Positions 58,391 through 64,000 of a stretch of 64,000 nt of DNA are shown here, one piece after another. The DNA comes from an uncultured Bacteroides sp. (lineage in GTDB: Bacteria; Bacteroidota; Bacteroidia; Bacteroidales; Bacteroidaceae), in assembly GCA_948847595.1 (NCBI GenBank), contig CAQOGY010000014.1:6064-70063 (forward strand), read 5' to 3'. Made by a program: the position numbers and the translations under genes. Below the pieces are notes generated by a model. That model made no database searches. It was given only the letters and a program-made list of their open reading frames with translations, and was not told the origin of the DNA. The stretch's first letter is position 1; each line of letters starts with the position of its first letter.

Positions 58391-59971
58391 ATGAAAGGTA
58401 AAGTGTTTTTAGCCGTTTTAGGTTTTCTATATATAGGTATGGCAGGCGGGTGTTCCCAGCCTGCCCCCGACCTACGTTATCAGATTGAAGTGGACAAACC
58501 TCTGCAGACAATGGAACACTTCGGCGCTTCCGATGCCTGGAGTATGCATATCCTTGGCTTGTGGCCGCAGGAGAAACAAAACCAGATAGCCGACTGGCTT
58601 TTCAGCACAGAGAACGATGCGAATGGAAAACCGAAGGGAATCGGCTTGTCTCTTTGGCGTTTCAACGTCGGGGCGGGCAGTACGGAACAAGGGGAAGCCA
58701 GTCAGATCGGTTCTTCGTGGATGCGTACCGAATGTTTTCTGCAAGCCGACGGAACCTACGACTGGAACAAGCAACAGGGGCAACGCAACTTTCTGAAACT
58801 GGCAAAAGAACGGGGCGTCACTAAATTCCTCGCATTTCTGAATTCCCCTCCCGTATATTATACTCAGAACGGTCTGGCTACCAATACCGGTCGTGGAGGA
58901 ACCGCCAATCTGAAGCCGGAATGTTACGAGAAATATGCCCGTTTCCTGGCCGATGTAGTAGAAGGAATAGAGAAGCACGACGGAATAAAGTTCAACTATA
59001 TCTGTCCTTTCAACGAACCGGACGGGCATTGGAACTGGGTAGGGCCGAAGCAGGAAGGTTCTCCGGCAACCAATCGGGAAGTAGCCCGAACCGTCCGTCT
59101 GCTAAGCCGGGAGTTTGTGAACCGGAAAATGGATACGCAGATTATGGTGAACGAGTCTTCGGACTATCGCTGTATGCTCCGTACCCATCAGACGGACTGG
59201 CAGCGTGGCTATCAGATTCAGGCTTTCTTCTGCCCGGACAGTGTGGATACGTATTTAGGTGATACGCCCAATGTGCCCCGACTGATGCTTGGTCATAGTT
59301 ACTGGACAACGACTCCTCTGAGTGAACTGCGTGCCATGCGCTGCCAACTGCGTGAAGCTCTGGATAAATACAACGTCGGCTTCTGGCAGTCAGAAACCTG
59401 TATCATGGGGAATGACGAAGAGATAGGTGGCGGTCACGGCTTCGACCGTACGATGAAGACGGCACTTTACGTTGCCCGTATCATCCATCATGACATCGTG
59501 TATGCGGGAGCGAAGAGCTGGCAGTGGTGGCGTGCCATCGGCGGCGATTATAAAGACGGGTTGATTCGGGAATATACCGATGAAGATCTCAAGGATGGAC
59601 GTGTGGAAGATTCCAAACTTATGTGGGCTTTGGGTAATTATAGTCGCTTCATCCGTCCGGGAGCTGTCCGCCTGTCGGTTTCTGCTTTCGATCAAGCGGG
59701 GAATTTAATCCCCGGAGGCGATACGGACCAAAAAGGACTGATGTGTTCTGCTTATCAAAATGCGGACGGCTCATACGCTGTTGTTCTCATTAACTATGCG
59801 CAGGAAGACAAAGAGTTTTCAATCAATAAGATAAATGGCAAGAAAACTCGATGGCAGGTGTATCGCACTTCGGATGTAGAAGGAGAAGATCTGCTACCCG
59901 TTGAGAAAGTGAAGAGTGGAAAAACAGTTCGGATTCCGGCACGTTCGATTATAACGCTTCAGAGTAACTAA
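58391..59971 (+). CDS. GH30 family glycoside hydrolase (lipoprotein)
   Basis: QTMEHFGASDAW, GIGLSLWRFNVGAG, NSPP, PFNEP (acid/base), HSY, WQSE (nucleophile), GNYSRFIRPG. Confidence 0.9.
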   Translation: MKGKVFLAVLGFLYIGMAGGCSQPAPDLRYQIEVDKPLQTMEHFGASDAWSMHILGLWPQEKQNQIADWLFSTENDANGKPKGIGLSLWRFNVGAGSTEQGEASQIGSSWMRTECFLQADGTYDWNKQQGQRNFLKLAKERGVTKFLAFLNSPPVYYTQNGLATNTGRGGTANLKPECYEKYARFLADVVEGIEKHDGIKFNYICPFNEPDGHWNWVGPKQEGSPATNREVARTVRLLSREFVNRKMDTQIMVNESSDYRCMLRTHQTDWQRGYQIQAFFCPDSVDTYLGDTPNVPRLMLGHSYWTTTPLSELRAMRCQLREALDKYNVGFWQSETCIMGNDEEIGGGHGFDRTMKTALYVARIIHHDIVYAGAKSWQWWRAIGGDYKDGLIREYTDEDLKDGRVEDSKLMWALGNYSRFIRPGAVRLSVSAFDQAGNLIPGGDTDQKGLMCSAYQNADGSYAVVLINYAQEDKEFSINKINGKKTRWQVYRTSDVEGEDLLPVEKVKSGKTVRIPARSIITLQSN

Positions 59972-60037
59972 TAAAAGAGGCTTTGTTTTCTTTTTCTTCT
60001 GAAGGAATGGTGCATTTATGTGCCTTTTATTTAGTAG

Positions 60038-60076
60038 GAAATTCAGTTGACGCAATTTTTGCGACAACTGAATTTC
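60038..60076. terminator. Intrinsic terminator between convergent GH30 and lipoprotein genes
   Basis: GAAATTCAGTTG-a-CGCAA-ttt-TTGCG-a-CAACTGAATTTC. Confidence 0.7.
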
Positions 60077-60284
60077 TCTTTATATAGTATTCCTTTTAAT
60101 AATAGCTTAGATATTAGGCAAAAGGAAGTTGATGAGCATATTATCATAACTTGAATTCGACAGAAACTCAAGATGCTCCCATAGGATTCAGAAAACACAA
60201 TATTGCCATCATCAGCTTCAATCTGCTCAAATTAGTATTTCTAACCTCATATTCATATTTACTTATATCGTTTCGAATATTACT

Positions 60285-61457
60285 TTATTGATATATGATT
60301 TCTCCAGCGCCACCATAAAATGCCTGAGGGGCAGTATAAATGATTCCTGTACTTAAATCTTCGATCTCTCCCCACAAGACGTGAACTTGCCTCCATGTGT
60401 AGGATATGCCGCTAAGGTCAAAAGCAATACTGCCACTGCCTTTACTCTTCGTTCCCAACTCATCATTGACGAATTTGTCATTATTACAATAGCCTGACGT
60501 ATGGATTCTATACTGCGCATACATCCGATAAGTGCCTTGTTTTTTTATGTCATAGCGTAAAGAGAAATGTTGAGGGGATGTCTCTTTCAATTCTAATGAA
60601 ATTTCCCCACCTAGTGTTTCCACGGACTGCTCTTGATAATAAATTACTTTGTTACCCTCCTTGTGATAAGGTCGAATAAAATAACGTGTCGCTGGCTTGA
60701 GAATGCCGATGTAGCCTATTAAGCCTCCCAATACACTAGCATAATTATTCATATACCCAGACTTTTCTTCATTCACAAACACCGCATTCTCTAACGTAGG
60801 ATGTGGTGATGTCCCCATACAGAAACCCACTGTCTGTGGAAGTCCTTGTGTAGAGTTCTTGACTACTGACACAGTAATTGTGAAATTTGGATAAGGAATA
60901 GACGTTTGGATGGAGGCAAACACACTTGAAATTTTCACACCTAGAAGACTGGAGGCGCTTTTATCACCTCCATCTTCATCAAAATCGGAGAGATCGCCCA
61001 TATCAAAAGTGAATTTACCGTTCACCCGGTTTTCTCTTTCTATTCCATTGGAATAATACTCGTCGATACCATCAAAGGTCCCTCCATGAGCAGAACTGAA
61101 GTTTAGGGTGAGCTCTTCATAATGCTCAACACTCATTTCTCCTATGTTGATTGTATATTCTATTATCAGAAAACCCTCGTTGGTTCCTGTTTTACTGTAT
61201 TCACAATAAAAATCTGAAAGTTTCCAAGAAGCATCATTGGCTACCATCAGAACTTCGTTTTGCGACTTCTGAAGAATCTTGATGTACCAATTGTTCATTG
61301 TTTCTCCCATACTAAGGCACAAGCCTTTATTCCTGATTGAGGTAGGTGCAAAGTCTTTCATCCAATCTTCACTACCTTCATCATTTCCACCATCACTTTT
61401 ACTGCAAGCCGTCAGCAGGCAAAGCAGCAACAAAACATTTGTCAAATATTTCTTCAT
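60285..61457 (-). CDS. Hypothetical lipoprotein with C-terminal FN3-like region
   Basis: LLTAC lipobox; GFCMGTSPHPT..LKPATRYFIRPY FN3-like motif. Confidence 0.8.
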   Translation of the reverse strand: MKKYLTNVLLLLCLLTACSKSDGGNDEGSEDWMKDFAPTSIRNKGLCLSMGETMNNWYIKILQKSQNEVLMVANDASWKLSDFYCEYSKTGTNEGFLIIEYTINIGEMSVEHYEELTLNFSSAHGGTFDGIDEYYSNGIERENRVNGKFTFDMGDLSDFDEDGGDKSASSLLGVKISSVFASIQTSIPYPNFTITVSVVKNSTQGLPQTVGFCMGTSPHPTLENAVFVNEEKSGYMNNYASVLGGLIGYIGILKPATRYFIRPYHKEGNKVIYYQEQSVETLGGEISLELKETSPQHFSLRYDIKKQGTYRMYAQYRIHTSGYCNNDKFVNDELGTKSKGSGSIAFDLSGISYTWRQVHVLWGEIEDLSTGIIYTAPQAFYGGAGEIIYQ

Positions 61458-61471
61458 GCCTTTATGAATAT

Positions 61472-61927
61472 TTAGTTAAGAATAAAGTTGCCTTGGATTC
61501 GGCTATCGTCTCCGTAACCATTGGTCTGCACGCCAGTGTAGGTGCCACTGACTTCTGTAATAAAGTGCAAATTAACATTGAAGACAAATTTAGCATACGT
61601 GGTGGTGCCATAATAGGGAATATAGGTTTCTTTTGTGGCTTGCAGATAATAGTCTGCCTCGTCATCACCCGTTTTGGTGTAGGTATACGAAGGGGCATAC
61701 TTCGAATAATTTACAGTCACATTGTTGATAAGGACTCCTGATTCATTGAGATGATCGGTGGAGAGATAGACAGACCCACTGCTTTTTTTAAGAACCAAAG
61801 TCTTTCCAGAGATGTTTCGCGGAGCATAACCACTACTCCCACTATCCGAATCATCGCTACACGAGCCTAAGGTAACGAATATAATGCTGACCAACGTCAG
61901 CAAAGCCATTTGTGAATGTTTGTTCAT
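61472..61927 (-). CDS. Hypothetical lipoprotein
   Basis: LGSCSDD lipobox; co-oriented 14 nt upstream of 60285-61457 and similar to its N-domain. Confidence 0.8.
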   Translation of the reverse strand: MNKHSQMALLTLVSIIFVTLGSCSDDSDSGSSGYAPRNISGKTLVLKKSSGSVYLSTDHLNESGVLINNVTVNYSKYAPSYTYTKTGDDEADYYLQATKETYIPYYGTTTYAKFVFNVNLHFITEVSGTYTGVQTNGYGDDSRIQGNFILN

Positions 61928-61964
61928 AGCGTAAAGTCATCCTCATCTAGCTCCTGACGAGGAA

Positions 61965-62290
61965 TTAATGAAACAAAAGACGTGGAGCCAAACTGTTGCT
62001 CGCTTCACGTTCTAAAGGCCTTCGCATTGCCCGGTAAGTCGAAACGAACAACGCTGAAAGCCCCACGTAAATGCATATATAAACTACAATCCATCAGTCC
62101 CAGTTCATGAACTAGTAATAATGGAAACTGTACAATATACACCACTTAGGACATCCACGTTGCTTTGTTTTTGACTTACCGTTGAAGTTGCGAAGTTCTT
62201 AGAACGTCAAATCAAAGCGTCAGTAAACGCCTTTAATATAAAATGTATCACCCATCCTTCATCCATGAGGTTTCCAGCATGAGAGATACT
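61965..62290 (-). ncRNA. Long structured 5' leader / ncRNA upstream of the lipoprotein pair
   Basis: TACCTTTG box (62294-62301, minus strand); long-range complementarity 62007-62053 vs 62158-62207; competing hairpin 61980-62068. Confidence 0.6.
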
Positions 62291-62535
62291 TTACAAAGGT
62301 ATGAATTGTATGGAATATAAACAAGCGAATCAAAGAAATAGTTAGGGATATTCAGTAAATGTTCCTTTTGCTCATTGCAAATTAGGTGTAACCATCTGCC
62401 AAACAATAAATTTCAGTAACTTTGCTATCGGTGAATATAGTGGTAAAAGAGTTGTAAATGTTATAATTGGGCACTATTAATTTACTACTTTATCGTTATT
62501 GACCAATAAATCAGGAAGGTAAAATTCATCGAACT

Positions 62536-62576
62536 CAATACCCCATAAGTGCAAAATATGCACTTATGGGGTATTG
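62536..62576 (-). terminator. Terminator hairpin after dinD
   Basis: 18-bp perfect stem CAATACCCCATAAGTGCA-aaata-TGCACTTATGGGGTATTG. Confidence 0.8.
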
Positions 62577-62583
62577 TTAATGA

Positions 62584-63420
62584 TTATCTTTTTGTTTTTT
62601 GAGAGCCATTCAGCTTCTTTTCTTCTCCTTTTAAACGCCTCTCTACTTTTTTGACATCTTCGTTCGCGGGAAATTGTTCTGGCAATATTCCTCTACTGAC
62701 GAGCATATCTCTAACGGCGATGTTATTATCAACGTGTTCATGTTCAATTGCAGTTTGTCCATATAAGTCTTTTTGTTGAACATTAACAGAAGTCATTTCT
62801 GCGGCAAAATCTTTTGCTTTTATGCTGATAGTCGGAAGAAAATCAGCTAATGGGCGGCTATCCGGTATGCCGAGTTTCCGTTTTAACATTTTGGTATCTA
62901 TGTGAAACAATGCCTTATCTCCTTTGGATCGTATCATGGCAAAGCCTTGGCTATCTACTCCTCTTTCGTACAAAACACCGGAGAGAAGTTTTTCTGTTTC
63001 AGCAAGTTTGGTACGTGCTTTAATACGTTCATTTTCTAATAAGCGTTGCTCTACCAACTCTGCCCGACGTGTTTGTATGGCAAAGTAATTTTGTGCAAAG
63101 GCAATTTCCTGTTTTCGGGAGTCTCCATTTTGTGCTACCAGATAGCAGGCGTAGCGAGTGAGAAAAATATCATCTATCTCTCTTTCGGCGCTTTTGGCTA
63201 ACATGATCATTTTGCTGACGTCAGCAAAATGATAAGTAATATCCTCTCCCGCATTTTCACATGCAAACTTTGCCTTCTCTATGATAGATAGGAAATTGCG
63301 CCATTGAGAATATCCCAATAACGGATAAAGTTCTCGTGCACTCCAACATTCCACTCCATTATACTCGCAAACAATACTTTCAAACCGTTTAAACAGTTCT
63401 TTTATTTCTTCTGATTTCAT
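62584..63420 (-). CDS. dinD: DNA damage-inducible protein D (Bro-N-like domain)
   Basis: [66 protein letters not shown]. Confidence 0.92.
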   Translation of the reverse strand: MKSEEIKELFKRFESIVCEYNGVECWSARELYPLLGYSQWRNFLSIIEKAKFACENAGEDITYHFADVSKMIMLAKSAEREIDDIFLTRYACYLVAQNGDSRKQEIAFAQNYFAIQTRRAELVEQRLLENERIKARTKLAETEKLLSGVLYERGVDSQGFAMIRSKGDKALFHIDTKMLKRKLGIPDSRPLADFLPTISIKAKDFAAEMTSVNVQQKDLYGQTAIEHEHVDNNIAVRDMLVSRGILPEQFPANEDVKKVERRLKGEEKKLNGSQKTKR

Positions 63421-63438
63421 TTCTGTATTATTTTAGTT

Positions 63439-64000
63439 TCATTCGTTTTCTACTTCCGGCTTACCATAATACCCCGGCATCGGAATATAAACCGGACTCT
63501 GACGAGTATTGATATTCTGCAACTTCTTTTCTTCTTTCAGTCGTTTGATATGTCGGGCGGCAGTGGTAAGCGTAAGTTTGCAAAGTCCTTGAAAGTCCGA
63601 GCGGGTCAGTATTTGGTTATTACTGAAATACGCGGTCAGCAGTCTGTCTATCTCTTCGTTGGAGCGTGGTACTGAGTGTAACTTCAGTTTACTGCGTTCC
63701 ACCTTGACGACGCTTACCGAACTTCTCAGTTTTTTATCCGCCTTGAAGCCGATGTTTGCTTTGAGTTTCATTTGGTTTGCTTTCAGCTTGGGCGAGGTGA
63801 TCGGTTCCAGACTGTTCAGCTTTACTTGAAAGTAGCCGATGCCGTCGAGGTGAACACGTTCCCCTTCCCGGAGGCGTGATCCCATAAAGTGGCTCAGCGA
63901 CTCGAGGACGGCTTTTACATCCCCTTCGGTCAGCGAAGTCGCTTGTTGTATTTCTTTGGCGAGATAGTCGGTGTCGATATGCTGAAAGTTGACTACCCGT
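63439..64000 (-). CDS. Bacteroidetes HU-related DNA-binding protein with C-terminal helix-turn-helix (5' end outside window)
   Basis: Frame stays open upstream of the ORF-track start: RVVNFQHIDTDYLAKEIQQATSLTEGDVKAVLESLSHFMGSRLREGERVHLDGIGYF (HU-like). Confidence 0.88.
   Translation of the reverse strand, partial: RVVNFQHIDTDYLAKEIQQATSLTEGDVKAVLESLSHFMGSRLREGERVHLDGIGYFQVKLNSLEPITSPKLKANQMKLKANIGFKADKKLRSSVSVVKVERSKLKLHSVPRSNEEIDRLLTAYFSNNQILTRSDFQGLCKLTLTTAARHIKRLKEEKKLQNINTRQSPVYIPMPGYYGKPEVENE

Noticed and set aside
60100..60260. Possible pseudogene remnant (signal-peptide-like LKLMMAILCFL on the minus strand)
   Set aside because: Too short and interrupted to support without homology searches.

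Overview
Bacteroides-type chromosomal window (TAnnTTTG promoters, SusC/SusD pairs). From memory, unchecked, the gene order resembles the B. thetaiotaomicron frdCAB neighbourhood. It holds three polysaccharide utilisation loci. PUL1 (1-14443) has GH3, SGBP, SusD, SusC, an IPT/NHL lipoprotein, GH92 and a membrane-spanning Kelch/SARP-like regulator. PUL2 (about 27.7-45.4 kb) has ECF sigma/FecR, SusC/D, GH18 ENGase, a LamG SGBP, three sulfatases, GH20 and a second GH18. PUL3 (45.4-60 kb) has an HTCS, SusC/D, a CBM32 SGBP, GH97 and GH30. Also present are an ATPase-wHTH gene, a type V pilus-like locus, two paralogous Cys-rich AraC regulators, a fourth sulfatase, frdCAB, two related lipoproteins behind a long structured leader, dinD and an HU-like gene. 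The most striking unexplained signal is a 0.6 kb non-coding composite element present twice in opposite orientation (15886-16537 and 31634-32206). It is built from a hairpin module plus several different arrays of palindromic units with a period of about 22 bp. No tRNA, rRNA, CRISPR-cas, integrase or transposase was seen.
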